Numbered from the stretch's first letter, positions 1 to 9,798 are shown. The stretch is DNA of 64,000 nucleotides from Alloprevotella sp. (GCA_045631665.1 JAZQVD010000051.1:60754-124753), one strand, 5' to 3'. The notes: generated by a model not told the origin, from the sequence alone. Numbers and translations: made by a program.

Positions 1-2
1 TT

Positions 3-185
3 TGTACTATCTACTTGCGAGAAGACCAGCGCGAAGCCTATGATCGCTATATGAAGGCTGTAGAAGCCCTTAATGACTTTTATAGGGGCAAAGCACAAGA
101 CGGAGTATTTATAGGTACGCAATTCCCGGTAAAAGACGGCAAGGTATTCCCAAGCCAACTGATAGATTTTGATTATTACAAATAA
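3..185 (+). CDS. 3' end of hypothetical protein (5'-truncated by window)
   Basis: Frame 3 is open from the window start (CTIYLREDQREAYDRY...LIDFDYYK) to TAA at 183-185; the next ORF starts 15 bp later. Confidence 0.55.
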   Translation, partial: CTIYLREDQREAYDRYMKAVEALNDFYRGKAQDGVFIGTQFPVKDGKVFPSQLIDFDYYK

Positions 186-200
186 CTAAAAATATAAATT

Positions 201-518
201 ATGAGTAAACTAACTATTTCAAAAGCAGCGGAAATTAAAAACGGATTTGAAAAAGCCGTTGAATATCTTAACAAGGCGGCATTAGTCGCTAAAGAAGTTG
301 GGGCAGACCTTAAGCGTATTCCTGCCATTTCCAGCATTATCTCATTTGATTATACAAATGAAGAATTTAGGTTTAATGAACCTATATACAAACTTGTATT
401 GTGTATATCACAAAACGGTAATAAAACACTTGAAGAGCAATTGAAGACAAGCGCACTATTGGAGCACATTGAAGAAAATGAGCGAGATATTAACGAAGCG
501 ATAAGAGGTTTGCAGTAA
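201..518 (+). CDS. hypothetical protein (island cargo)
   Basis: 105-aa ATG ORF after an A-rich leader in the AT-rich region; no recognisable motif. Confidence 0.6.
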   Translation: MSKLTISKAAEIKNGFEKAVEYLNKAALVAKEVGADLKRIPAISSIISFDYTNEEFRFNEPIYKLVLCISQNGNKTLEEQLKTSALLEHIEENERDINEAIRGLQ

Positions 519-852
519 AATTTATTTGCTGTGCTTACGAGTAATGCAAATAAAAATATAGCACATTGAATATCAGTAAGTTACAACGTGTCAATTTTAC
601 TCTTGCAGTTTTTTTGCAGTTTTTGCAGTTTTTATACTGCAATTTAGCAGATAGGAAAAATACAAAGTACGGCTAAAAAGCAGTATATTTGCAGTGTTCA
701 CGAAATGCGTTTTATAACATTAGAAAGGGCGGTGCACTAAAATGCGCCGCTCTTTTGTGTTAAATTATCTTAGTTTGTGATTATAATATAATCAGTATGA
801 AAAAATATTTTTCAAAAGTGATTACAATGAAAACACATTGAAAACCAGCATA

Positions 853-882
853 TTGCATAGTTTTTGTTTTTGGCGTATCTTT
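853..882 (+). promoter_or_regulatory. Bacteroidota sigma-A-type promoter for the ORF at 923
   Basis: TTG-N~20-TATCTTTG (-33/-7 consensus). Confidence 0.6.
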
Positions 883-922
883 GCATTGTTAAACAATAGC
901 AAAACACTTAAAATTATTGATT

Positions 923-1375
923 ATGGATAATTCAAACAACTTTGAAGAGAAAATGCAAGAATACGAAAAGCGTATATCTGTATTAGAAGCAGCACAGCAA
1001 GAGCACCAAAACAATGCGCCTGCGTTATCTTGCGAGGAATACAAGAGTATAGCCGCATCTATGGCTAAATTAGAATGTGACGGGCTTATTACTTGCGGTG
1101 ATTATTTCGAAGATTTTATAGGAATCTCATTTAGAAAGTTTTTTGAACTCCAGCCAAAGGCTTTAGAGGTGCTGATAGGTCAAATAAACACCAACGAAAA
1201 CCAGGAGATAAAAAACGAATTGCAGGCCTTTATAGATAATCTTAAAACGGTTAATAAACTGATATATGACATAGTAGAAAATCGCCCGTTCTTTGAAATT
1301 CTTGTATCGTTTTTATGGGAACTTGAGAAGGCGAGAAAATATTATAGTAAAAATCCAACCTTATTTTCTAAATAA
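923..1375 (+). CDS. hypothetical protein (island cargo)
   Basis: ORF with likely ATG at 923, its own promoter upstream and a terminator downstream. Confidence 0.65.
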   Translation: MDNSNNFEEKMQEYEKRISVLEAAQQEHQNNAPALSCEEYKSIAASMAKLECDGLITCGDYFEDFIGISFRKFFELQPKALEVLIGQINTNENQEIKNELQAFIDNLKTVNKLIYDIVENRPFFEILVSFLWELEKARKYYSKNPTLFSK

Positions 1376-1382
1376 ACAGCGA

Positions 1383-1416
1383 GGCGGCAAATCCGTGAGG
1401 ACTAACCGCCTTTTTT
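1383..1416 (+). terminator. intrinsic terminator
   Basis: GGCGG...CCGCC stem followed by a T-run. Confidence 0.6.
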
Positions 1417-1459
1417 CTTAAATTACTTGTACTTTTGCAAGATAAAAGAAGAAATAGGA

Positions 1460-1708
1460 ATGAGTAACCAAGAATTTACAGCAATTCAGTATGCGGAAAG
1501 CTTCGGTTATGATAGCATACGCCCAGCCGGAACAAAAGACGGTTTTTCCTATTTTCACGCCTTCAGCCAATCGGGCATAGGTCATAAAACGGGATTGCCC
1601 CATATCATCAAGATAAATGAAGCGGGGCAACTCTCGGTAGTAAAGAACCTTCAAGAACGAATGTGGGCGGTAAAGGAAGAAATCCGCATAATGCAGGGAG
1701 AAAAGTAG
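1460..1708 (+). CDS. hypothetical protein
   Basis: 82-aa ORF from ATG 1460; -7 box TACTTTTG at 1430-1437. Confidence 0.6.
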   Translation: MSNQEFTAIQYAESFGYDSIRPAGTKDGFSYFHAFSQSGIGHKTGLPHIIKINEAGQLSVVKNLQERMWAVKEEIRIMQGEK

Positions 1709-1789
1709 TATAGTTGTTGAAAAGTTACACCTATGTTACACCTAATAAATGAAATAAGGTTGATAATCAAGCGATTACCAACCTTATTT

Positions 1790-1873
1790 TGTACCCAGAG
1801 CCGGGGTCGAACCGGCACAGGTTTCCCTACTGGTGTTTGAGACCAGCGCGTCTACCGATTCCGCCATCTGGGC
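1790..1873 (-). tRNA. tRNA-Leu(CAA)
   Basis: Reverse complement GCCCAGATGGCGGAATCGGTAGACGCGCTGGTCTCAAACACCAG...GGTTCGACCCCGGCTCTGGGTACA: D-loop, CAA anticodon, long variable arm, TTCGA T-loop. Confidence 0.95.
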
Positions 1874-1910
1874 GCATACTCTTGAAACTATTCGTTTCAG
1901 AATTGCGGTG

Positions 1911-1941
1911 CAAAGGTAGGGATATTTTTTAGAATAGCAAA
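1911..1941 (-). promoter_or_regulatory. promoter of tRNA-Leu
   Basis: Minus strand TTTG-N19-TACCTTTG. Confidence 0.75.
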
Positions 1942-2002
1942 ATTATGGGGCGTTTTTTTATTGGCGTCACTTAAGAATTTACGAAAAAGTGAGTGCGCAC
2001 CA

Positions 2003-2728
2003 CTACTTACGCTTGATGCACGCCAAGTAATCGCAGTTGTCGCCCTTGCAAAGGAGTTCGGCGCGGTAACCCTTCAGCTCGGCGCAACTTTGTAGGCGGG
2101 GGAAGTCGACATACAACCAATTGAAGCGCTCGCCTCGGACTTTGCCGTACACCATTTGGTAATCCACCTCGCCATAATAGTTATCGAAATCCTCGGGGTA
2201 GAAATTGCCGTCCTCGTCTTCGAAAACATAACGGAGGTCTGAGGAGTCCACCAAAAGTTGTCCGCCCGGCGCGAGCAACACATCGAGGCGTTCAAAAAGC
2301 AGTGGGAGGTTGTCGAGCGTACCCACAATGCCTGTGCCATTCATCAGCATAAGGATGGTGTCGAAAGTAACTTCGGGTGCCATAGCAAAGAAATCCTCTT
2401 GACGGGCATCAATGACGCCACGCTGCTGCATAGTTTCAACAGAAAGGGGTGAGATGTCGATGGCCGTAACATGGAGTCCGCGCTCCTGAAGTGGGAGGGT
2501 GTGACACCCTGCTCCGGCACCAACGTCGAGCACTCTGCCCTCGGCACGATTGAGCGCCACCTGCTCCATGCGGTTCATCTCGTCGACAGAACGAAATAAG
2601 GTGGGGACGGGAAGAACATCGGTGTCGAACATCGTAGAAAGCACACGCAGGGGTTTGGCACTGCCCTTCGTGAAAAAGTCACGGATGGCGGTGCCCATAG
2701 GGTCGCGGTGGGGAGGGAGAAGAGGCAT
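2003..2728 (-). CDS. class I SAM-dependent methyltransferase
   Basis: VLDVGAGAG motif I; FDTILMLMNG. Confidence 0.85.
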   Translation of the reverse strand: MPLLPPHRDPMGTAIRDFFTKGSAKPLRVLSTMFDTDVLPVPTLFRSVDEMNRMEQVALNRAEGRVLDVGAGAGCHTLPLQERGLHVTAIDISPLSVETMQQRGVIDARQEDFFAMAPEVTFDTILMLMNGTGIVGTLDNLPLLFERLDVLLAPGGQLLVDSSDLRYVFEDEDGNFYPEDFDNYYGEVDYQMVYGKVRGERFNWLYVDFPRLQSCAELKGYRAELLCKGDNCDYLACIKRK

Positions 2729-2730
2729 AG

Positions 2731-2845
2731 TGAGAAAGGAGAAATTGAGAAAGGAGAAAGGAGAAATGGGGGCTGGTGAAAGGTTAAAGGTTAAAGGTTA
2801 AAGGTTAAAGGCATCGTTCACCGTTAACCTTTCACCGTTAACCTT
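2731..2845. repeat. intergenic 7-mer/14-mer simple repeats
   Basis: (GAGAAAG)n, (AAAGGTT)x4 and (TTCACCGTTAACCT)x2, the last partly complementary to the AAAGGTT run. Confidence 0.8.
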
Positions 2846-3741
2846 TAATCATTTGCCGCCTTCATAGCGGCAATTTTCTGCTGCAAGTAATTGCGGAAGT
2901 CTTCGCTGCCAACCACTTCTATATCCTCGTAGAGTCCGAGCACGAAGCGGGAAGCGCCCTTGAAGTCGCAGACATCGGTTTCAAGGAGGTACGTCCCCTC
3001 AGGTTCGGCAGTAATATAAGGCTCAGCGTAAGGGTGTTCTTCAATCAAGACGCTGTAAGAAAGTTGTCCGAGGCGCAGGGCAATGGGAAAGACCTCCTCA
3101 CCCGAGAAGTGGAAGATGTCGGTATGGAAAGCACGATGCTTGTCGCGGTGTGACCAGCGGAGGTCGATGAGTTCAACACTCTCGGCGCGCGAAACCTTAA
3201 AGGTCTTGTTCTCGCCCGTTGAAATTTCGTAGCAACGCACTTCAGAGTTGCCGGGCAAGAAAACGTAGGGTTCTACAATGCGGTCGCTGACCTTACCGCT
3301 ATGGGGCGAGGCATAGTTTCTCAAACACACCATCTGCTCACAGGTTATGGCGGTAAAAAGCACCGATAAATTTTCCGCCACACGCTCATCAACACCATAT
3401 CCCATTAGGGCTTCGGTATCGTGAAGGCTGGAAAGTTTTTCGCGCAGGTGGCGCACCTCAGGCGTGCGGTCTACGACGGAACTTAGAACGCGCAGCATGG
3501 TGAGCGCCTCATTTTGATTGAAGCGGAAGTCGTGAACAATGTCTTTGTAGAAAGGCGAATGGGGGTCGATGCTATACGCCGTGCCCTTTTTGAGAATGTT
3601 AAAACCCGCCTCTCGAAACTGGTCGAAGTATCGGTATATCATGCGCACGTTTGCCCCCATCTGAGAGGCAAGTCCCTCTACATTCTGAGGACCGCCCTTA
3701 GTCATGGCGCGCAGCAGTTGAAGTTGTCGTTTTAATGACAT
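2845..3741 (-). CDS. HTH-WYL-WCX transcriptional regulator
   Basis: N-terminal wHTH (LASQMGANVRMIYRY), WYL-type region (Y-S-HSG...RIVEPY...KTFKVSR), C-terminal WCX-like region. Confidence 0.85.
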   Translation of the reverse strand: MSLKRQLQLLRAMTKGGPQNVEGLASQMGANVRMIYRYFDQFREAGFNILKKGTAYSIDPHSPFYKDIVHDFRFNQNEALTMLRVLSSVVDRTPEVRHLREKLSSLHDTEALMGYGVDERVAENLSVLFTAITCEQMVCLRNYASPHSGKVSDRIVEPYVFLPGNSEVRCYEISTGENKTFKVSRAESVELIDLRWSHRDKHRAFHTDIFHFSGEEVFPIALRLGQLSYSVLIEEHPYAEPYITAEPEGTYLLETDVCDFKGASRFVLGLYEDIEVVGSEDFRNYLQQKIAAMKAAND

Positions 3742-3836
3742 GGAAAAGTTAAGGTCTGAGTGTTACGTTTTGAGTTGGAGCATCACTTCTATAAAATAGT
3801 GATACGCAGAAGTCTATATCTTTGTCAAAAGCCGTC

Positions 3837-3923
3837 AAAACTATTAGTAACATATTTTAAATTACATTACTAATAATTTTTCTTAGGTTACTAATAGTTT
3901 TTACGAAAATAGGTTTAGTTTTT
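3837..3923. repeat. 21-bp-period palindromic element, copy 1
   Basis: Core AAAYTRTTAGTAA: one forward and two reverse units plus tail TTTTTACGAAAATAGGTTTAGTTTTT. Confidence 0.9.
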
Positions 3924-3930
3924 CCGGCCT

Positions 3931-5844
3931 CTATTTGGGGAAAGAAAAAGGGCGTGTGAGGCGCACGGTTCCGTCACGCAATTCTACACACTCCTGCCCT
4001 ACGAGCCAATCCCACGCCTGTCGCTTTACGGAGGAGGAGACGTCGGTGCAGAGCAACGTGAGTTCGCTCACATGATGCGGCAGTCCGTCAGAAAGATGTT
4101 GGGCAATGGTCTCCGCCACACGGCGTGGGTCGACACTGCGTCGCTCCTCGCCGCAACAAACGTCGCAACCGCCACACGGCGCTGCGCCCGTTTCGCCAAA
4201 ATAATCAAGCAGGTAAACGCTGCGACAGATGTCGGTGCGCGTAGCGTAGTCAATCACCTTGCCGATGCGCTCAATATAGTTTTCCTTACGAAGCGCATAC
4301 ACCATGGGTGGGAACATCAGATGGCGCCCTTCGAGGCGGCGCGTCATGTAAGTAATGTAAGAGGCGCGCTTCTTGGGAATATAATTGAGGATGCGCATGT
4401 GTGTGAGCACCTTTAGGTGTTCGTAGACCTCGCGCGGGGTGCAGCCGCACATTTTTCCGACCACCTCTTCATCCATCATCACATAGTCAGAAAAGAGTCC
4501 GCAGTAATGGCGCAGCAGTGCGTTGAGCACGGCGTCAAGTGAGGGTGTCAGTCCGCGGAAGCGGTAAAGTTCATCGCGCGTAGCGAGGAAGATGACGCGA
4601 GAAACGTTTTCCTCCTCCTCACGATAGTGCAAGTAGCCCGCAAGTTCGAGCAAGCGAATGGCACTCTCGACCTGAACGGGGAAGCGGCGGAAGTTAACAC
4701 AAAACTTATTAAGGTCGAACTCGCGCGTTACGCCTTCGCCCTCGCCCTCTGGCATTTGGAAGAAGTTTGCAAGGTCGTCGTAGACACTGCGTATGTAGTC
4801 GAGCTCGGGATAGTTCTCACTGACCGTACGCAGCATACGAGTGGTGTCGCCACTGTCGCGCAAAAGCACAGCATACGAGCATTTGCCATCACGACCAGCA
4901 CGCCCCGCTTCCTGGAAATAGGCTTCAATGGAATCGGGCGCCTCAAGGTGAATCACGAGGCGCACATCGGGTTTGTCAATCCCCATACCGAAGGCATTCG
5001 TAGCCACCATGATGCGCGTATCGTCTTCCTGCCACGAGCGCTGGCGCACGTCCTTCTCCACATTCGTGAGTCCGGCGTGATAATGCAGGGCGGTGAAGCC
5101 CTCGGCAGTGAGGGCGTCGGCGGTATCTACCGTGCCTTGACGACTGCGCGTATATACAATCGCAGGACCTTCCACACTGCGAAGAATGTGTACGAGTTCG
5201 TTGAATTTATTCTCCGTCGTGCGCACAATGTAGCGCAGATTCTTGCGCTCGAAGCTCATGCGAAAGACATTCTTCTCCTTAAATTCCAAACGCTCTTGGA
5301 TGTCGTCTACCACCTGTGGGGTTGCCGTGGCGGTGAGTGCCAAGACGGGGGCATCGGGAATGAGTTTGCGCAGCGTGGCAATCTTCAAATACGCCGGACG
5401 AAAGTCGTAACCCCATTGCGAGATGCAGTGCGCCTCGTCTACGGTAATGAAGCACACGTTCATGCCCTGCACCTTGTGTTGAAAGAGGTCTGAAGCGATG
5501 CGCTCGGGGGAGATGTACAAGAATTTTACCGCTCCAAAAATGGCATTGTCAAGGATGCGTAACACATCATCCCTGCGCTGTCCCATGTAGATTGCCTCTG
5601 CCTGAATGCCGCGTTGCTTAAGGTGCATCACTTGGTCTTTCATCAGCGCAATAAGCGGCGTAACCACGATGCAAACGCCCTCCATGGCCAGCGCGGGTAC
5701 CTGAAACGTGATACTCTTACCGCCACCCGTAGGCATCAAACCAAGTGTATCCCGACCCTCGGCAATGCTGCGGATGATGTCCGCCTGAATGCCGCGAAAG
5801 TCGGGATACCCCCAATATTGTTGTAAGATAGAACGGTGGAGCAT
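3931..5844 (-). CDS. recQ: RecQ-family ATP-dependent DNA helicase
   Basis: MPTGGGKS, DEAHCISQWGYDFRP, ALTATAT, QEAGRAGRDG, Zn-binding CRS...CGGCDVC. Confidence 0.93.
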   Translation of the reverse strand: MLHRSILQQYWGYPDFRGIQADIIRSIAEGRDTLGLMPTGGGKSITFQVPALAMEGVCIVVTPLIALMKDQVMHLKQRGIQAEAIYMGQRRDDVLRILDNAIFGAVKFLYISPERIASDLFQHKVQGMNVCFITVDEAHCISQWGYDFRPAYLKIATLRKLIPDAPVLALTATATPQVVDDIQERLEFKEKNVFRMSFERKNLRYIVRTTENKFNELVHILRSVEGPAIVYTRSRQGTVDTADALTAEGFTALHYHAGLTNVEKDVRQRSWQEDDTRIMVATNAFGMGIDKPDVRLVIHLEAPDSIEAYFQEAGRAGRDGKCSYAVLLRDSGDTTRMLRTVSENYPELDYIRSVYDDLANFFQMPEGEGEGVTREFDLNKFCVNFRRFPVQVESAIRLLELAGYLHYREEEENVSRVIFLATRDELYRFRGLTPSLDAVLNALLRHYCGLFSDYVMMDEEVVGKMCGCTPREVYEHLKVLTHMRILNYIPKKRASYITYMTRRLEGRHLMFPPMVYALRKENYIERIGKVIDYATRTDICRSVYLLDYFGETGAAPCGGCDVCCGEERRSVDPRRVAETIAQHLSDGLPHHVSELTLLCTDVSSSVKRQAWDWLVGQECVELRDGTVRLTRPFSFPK

Positions 5845-5880
5845 GAGGATTCTGTTGAGTGGGTAAGGGGCTTTTAATTA

Positions 5881-5930
5881 TAGATGTTCTAGATGTTCTA
5901 GACATTCTAGAAATTTCTATAACTTTCTAA
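5881..5930. repeat. degenerate 9-mer tandem repeat
   Basis: TAGATGTTC TAGATGTTC TAGACATTC TAGAAATTTC TATAACTTTC. Confidence 0.75.
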
Positions 5931-7655
5931 CTACGCCTGCTCCAGCGGGCGGATGTCCTCAATCTGAAGTTGCACCTCGCCGCGCTTATGCGTATTCTCT
6001 TCTACCGAGTAACAGATGTCAAACGCACGCTTCGTCTTGATGTAACGCGCCTGTGAGCTTTGCCCGAAAGCAATGCCGTTCATGATGCTGTTACTCTTGT
6101 TGTCGACAAGCTCAAGCTTGATGTGCTCTTGTCCGCGTCCCACCACCTTGCTCGTACCGTAGTCATAAACGCGCGGTGTGAAGAAGATGGGCTTGGGATT
6201 TCCGGGTCCGAAGGGCGAGAACTTCTTCAAGTCTTGATAGAACTTCATATTGATGTCGCAGAAATCGAGTTGCGCGTCAATATCCAGCGTGGGCTGCGTC
6301 TGTTCGTCGAGAATGTGCTCCGCAACATACTCCTCAAAGCGCTGCTTAAAGGCTTCGACATTCTCCACCTTGAGCGAAAGCCCAGCGGCATACGTATGTC
6401 CGCCAAAGTTCTCGAGCAAGTCGGCACAATGCTGCACTGCGCTGTACACATCAAAGCCCGAAACCGAACGCGCAGAGCCCGTGGCGATTCCCTCACTACG
6501 CGTGAGCACCACAGCTGGGCGGTAGTACAATTCCGTAAGGCGCGACGCTACGATACCAATGACACCCTTGTGCCAAGCCTCGTTGTAAATCACCACAGAG
6601 CGGTGGTCGTCAATGCCAGGAGTAGCCTTCGCCATCTCAATTGCCTCTTCGGTCATCTGCTTGTCGAGGTCCTTGCGCGCATCGTTGTACTGGTCAATCA
6701 AGTTTGCCAATTCCAGCGCTTCAGGATAGTTGCGCTCTACAAGAAGTTGCACCGCCTCTTTACCATTCTGCATTCTGCCCGAAGCATTGAGGCGCGGACC
6801 GATTTTGAAAATGATATCGTTCATCGTCACCTCGCGGTCGGCTACGCCACACACCTCACAAACGGCCTTCAAGCCGACAGAGGGTTTGCTGTTCAAGATG
6901 CGCAAGCCATGATAAGCCAGGATGCGGTTCTCACCCATAATAGGCACGATGTCAGAAGCAATACTGATGACGCAAAGGTCAAGCAACTGATGCAACTGAT
7001 TGAACTCGATGCCATTACTTTGGGCAAAGGCTTGCATAAACTTGAAGCCCACGCCACAACCCGAGAGGTCGGTGTAAGGATAGCGGTTATCCTCGCGCTT
7101 GGGGTTGAGAATCGCCACCGCACAAGGGAGTTCCTCATCAGGAACATGGTGGTCGCAAATAATAAAATCGATGCCCAACTCCTTTGCATAGGCAACTTCT
7201 TCAATAGCCTTGATACCGCAATCAAGCACTATGATTAAGCCCACACCAGTTTCGGCTGCAAACTCCACACCCTTCTTTGAAACGCCATAACCTTCGTCGT
7301 AGCGGTCGGGGATGTAGAAATCAATGTTTGGATAAAAGTCGCGCAAGAACTTGTACACCAGCGCCACCGCCGTACATCCGTCCACATCATAATCGCCATA
7401 GACCATGATGCGCTCCTTGCGGATCATCGCCTCATTAAGTCGGTCAACGGCTTCCTGCATGTCGTTCATCAAAAACGGGTCGTGCAAGTCGGCAAGCTGG
7501 GGTCGGAAAAAGCGCTTTGCCTCATGCGGCGTGGTGAATCCGCGTTGGACCAGCAAGTGCCCCAAAGCAGGATGCACTCCCGCTTCTTGCGCCAGCTGCT
7601 CCTCAGCACTCTTCACCTCGGGAGAAGGCAGTTCGTAATTCCATTTGTATATCAT
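5931..7655 (-). CDS. recJ: single-stranded-DNA-specific exonuclease RecJ
   Basis: YGDYDVDG, DCG, DHH, GSARS, FGGH motifs. Confidence 0.96.
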   Translation of the reverse strand: MIYKWNYELPSPEVKSAEEQLAQEAGVHPALGHLLVQRGFTTPHEAKRFFRPQLADLHDPFLMNDMQEAVDRLNEAMIRKERIMVYGDYDVDGCTAVALVYKFLRDFYPNIDFYIPDRYDEGYGVSKKGVEFAAETGVGLIIVLDCGIKAIEEVAYAKELGIDFIICDHHVPDEELPCAVAILNPKREDNRYPYTDLSGCGVGFKFMQAFAQSNGIEFNQLHQLLDLCVISIASDIVPIMGENRILAYHGLRILNSKPSVGLKAVCEVCGVADREVTMNDIIFKIGPRLNASGRMQNGKEAVQLLVERNYPEALELANLIDQYNDARKDLDKQMTEEAIEMAKATPGIDDHRSVVIYNEAWHKGVIGIVASRLTELYYRPAVVLTRSEGIATGSARSVSGFDVYSAVQHCADLLENFGGHTYAAGLSLKVENVEAFKQRFEEYVAEHILDEQTQPTLDIDAQLDFCDINMKFYQDLKKFSPFGPGNPKPIFFTPRVYDYGTSKVVGRGQEHIKLELVDNKSNSIMNGIAFGQSSQARYIKTKRAFDICYSVEENTHKRGEVQLQIEDIRPLEQA

Positions 7656-7971
7656 TGTAGTATATTTTTGTCAGAGTCAAGGGTGCGCCAAAGCGACACT
7701 ATCCCAATTAGCGAGTAAAATTACAAAAATCCCCCGAATTTTGCCCCGTACAAGCCCCACAATTTTGCCCCACACTTATATATTTATCATGCGGGCGCGC
7801 TACTGCCAAAAACAAAGTGTATCTTTGCAGAATGTTTAATTGAGGCAAAAGGTTTTAGGGGGCAGTGATCTTTTTAAGAAACCTTGGGGATGTCTATGTT
7901 TCCCTAAGAGACTCCCCTCCCAACCTCAAAACCTAATAACCTCAAACCTTACTCTCATAACCACCTCCTAT

Positions 7972-9783
7972 ATGCAAGCAATCATCTTGGCAGCCGGCAT
8001 GGGACGCCGCCTTGGCGATCTCACAAAGGACAATACAAAGTGCATGGTAAAAGTCAATGGCGTAACGCTCATTGACCGCCTGCTCACGCAATTATCGAAA
8101 CTTCAGCTCAACCGCGTTGTCATCGTCGTTGGGTATGAGGGAGAAAAGTTGCAAGCCCACATCGGCACGCACTACGATGAGACGCTGAAGATTGAGTATG
8201 TCAATAATCCCGTTTTTGACAAGACCAACAACATTTACTCTCTTGCCCTGGCAAAAGAGCAGTTGGAGGAGGACGACACGCTCCTTATCGAGAGCGACCT
8301 TATCTTTGACGATGCCATGTTCCCCCTTTTGCTGAACGATCCTTACCCCAACTTGGCGCTCGTAGCCAAATATCAGACGTGGATGGACGGAACGATGGTG
8401 CGCATTGACGAAGATAATAACATCGTAAACTTTGTTCCGAAGCAGGCTTTCAAATATTCGCATGTCGATTCGTATTACAAGACGGTCAACATCTATAAGT
8501 TCAGCAAAGAATTTGCGCGCAACAAGTATGTTCCCTTCCTCGAGGCCTACACCAAGGCACTTGGCAACAACGAATACTACGAACAGGTGCTCCGTGTCAT
8601 TACTTTCCTCGACAAGTCGGAACTTAAGGCGCTCCCCATCTCGGATGAGAAATGGTATGAGATTGATGATATTCAGGACCTCGACATTGCAGAAGCCCTT
8701 TTCGCAGAGGGCGAAGAGCGCCTGAAGAAGTACATGAAGCGCTTCGGGGGCTATTGGCGCTTCCCGGGATTATTGGACTACTGCTACTTGGTAAATCCCT
8801 ACTACCCCTCTTCCCGCATGATGGATGAGATGCGTGCGAACTTCAACATCCTGCTTACGGAATATCCCTCGGGCATGTATGTCAATTCACTCCTTGCAGG
8901 AAAATGCTTTGGCGTGAAACAGGAGTATGTTGTTCCCGGCAACGGAGCCGCAGAACTCATCAAGAGTCTTATGGAACTGCTTCCTGGAAAATTAGGTGTA
9001 TCCTACCCCACTTTTGAGGAGTATCCCAACCGCCGTAGTGCCGAAAGTTTAGAAATATTTACGCCCAACAACGCCGACTTCCACTATACGGCCGCAGAAC
9101 TTAAGGCGCATTTTGAAGCACATCCCGTTGACACCCTCCTGCTCGTCAATCCCGACAATCCTTCGGGCAATTTCTTGACACGAGATGAGGTGCTCGACCT
9201 CGCAAAGTGGTGTGGCGCGCGCGGCATGAAGTTTGTCGTAGACGAATCCTTCGTTGATTTCAGCGAAAACTACGAGCAACACACCCTTCTTGCCGACTCC
9301 ATCCTCGAGGCTCACCCCTGGATGATGGTGATGAAGAGTATTTCTAAATCATACGGCGTACCCGGATTGCGCCTCGGCATTCTCGCCTCTGCGGATAAGG
9401 AACTCATCGCCACACTCAAGAAGGACGTAGCCATTTGGAACATGAATTCGTTTGCAGAATTCTACATGCAGATTTTCACCAAGTACGAAGCCGACTACCG
9501 CCGCGCTTGCATGAAATTCCAAGAGGAGCGCCGCCGCTTCCAAGCGGATTTGCAGACGATTCCCTACTTGCGCGTCATCCCCTCACAGGCAAACTACTTC
9601 TTATGTGAGGTTACGGCGAAATATACTTCCCACGAACTCGTGCTTCGCCTGCTTGAAGATTACAACATCTTGGCAAAAGATTGCAGCACCAAGAAGGTTT
9701 TCAACGGCAGAAGTTACATCCGCCTTGCCATCCGCAACCGCGCCGACAATCAGCGCCTTGTTGAGGCACTGAAGCAACTCTAA
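7972..9783 (+). CDS. fusion of LicC/PntC-like cytidylyltransferase and CobD/HisC-like PLP enzyme
   Basis: Likely start ATG 7972 (MQAIILAAGMGRRL..KCM); NNIYSL, ESDL, WYEIDD; C-terminal half has NPDNPSG, VDESFVDF, SISKSYGVPGLRLG (PLP lysine). Confidence 0.85.
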   Translation: MQAIILAAGMGRRLGDLTKDNTKCMVKVNGVTLIDRLLTQLSKLQLNRVVIVVGYEGEKLQAHIGTHYDETLKIEYVNNPVFDKTNNIYSLALAKEQLEEDDTLLIESDLIFDDAMFPLLLNDPYPNLALVAKYQTWMDGTMVRIDEDNNIVNFVPKQAFKYSHVDSYYKTVNIYKFSKEFARNKYVPFLEAYTKALGNNEYYEQVLRVITFLDKSELKALPISDEKWYEIDDIQDLDIAEALFAEGEERLKKYMKRFGGYWRFPGLLDYCYLVNPYYPSSRMMDEMRANFNILLTEYPSGMYVNSLLAGKCFGVKQEYVVPGNGAAELIKSLMELLPGKLGVSYPTFEEYPNRRSAESLEIFTPNNADFHYTAAELKAHFEAHPVDTLLLVNPDNPSGNFLTRDEVLDLAKWCGARGMKFVVDESFVDFSENYEQHTLLADSILEAHPWMMVMKSISKSYGVPGLRLGILASADKELIATLKKDVAIWNMNSFAEFYMQIFTKYEADYRRACMKFQEERRRFQADLQTIPYLRVIPSQANYFLCEVTAKYTSHELVLRLLEDYNILAKDCSTKKVFNGRSYIRLAIRNRADNQRLVEALKQL

Positions 9784-9798
9784 AGACACTTTCCAACT

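Larger units (their letters stand above)
1..1789. mobile_element. end of a probable integrative element / genomic island at tRNA-Leu
   Basis: Clearly more AT-rich than the sequence right of the tRNA; orphan ORFs; GTTACACCTA direct repeat (1724-1744) and inverted repeat (1752-1789) abut the tRNA 3' end; no integrase in the window. Confidence 0.6.

Noticed and set aside
6060-7238. Long antisense ORFs (also 4627-5493, 16038-17180, 57124-58185, 58560-59792, 62873-63625)
   Set aside because: Shadow frames of well-supported genes, with no motifs of their own.
7675-7705. AGGGTGCGCCA...GACAC hairpin, similar to ~14714-14743
   Set aside because: Only two short degenerate copies; looks like a common terminator-type repeat and too weak to call more.
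7840-7971. N-terminal extension of the LicC-CobD fusion from TTG 7840
   Set aside because: It runs through simple repeats; family similarity starts at ATG 7972.
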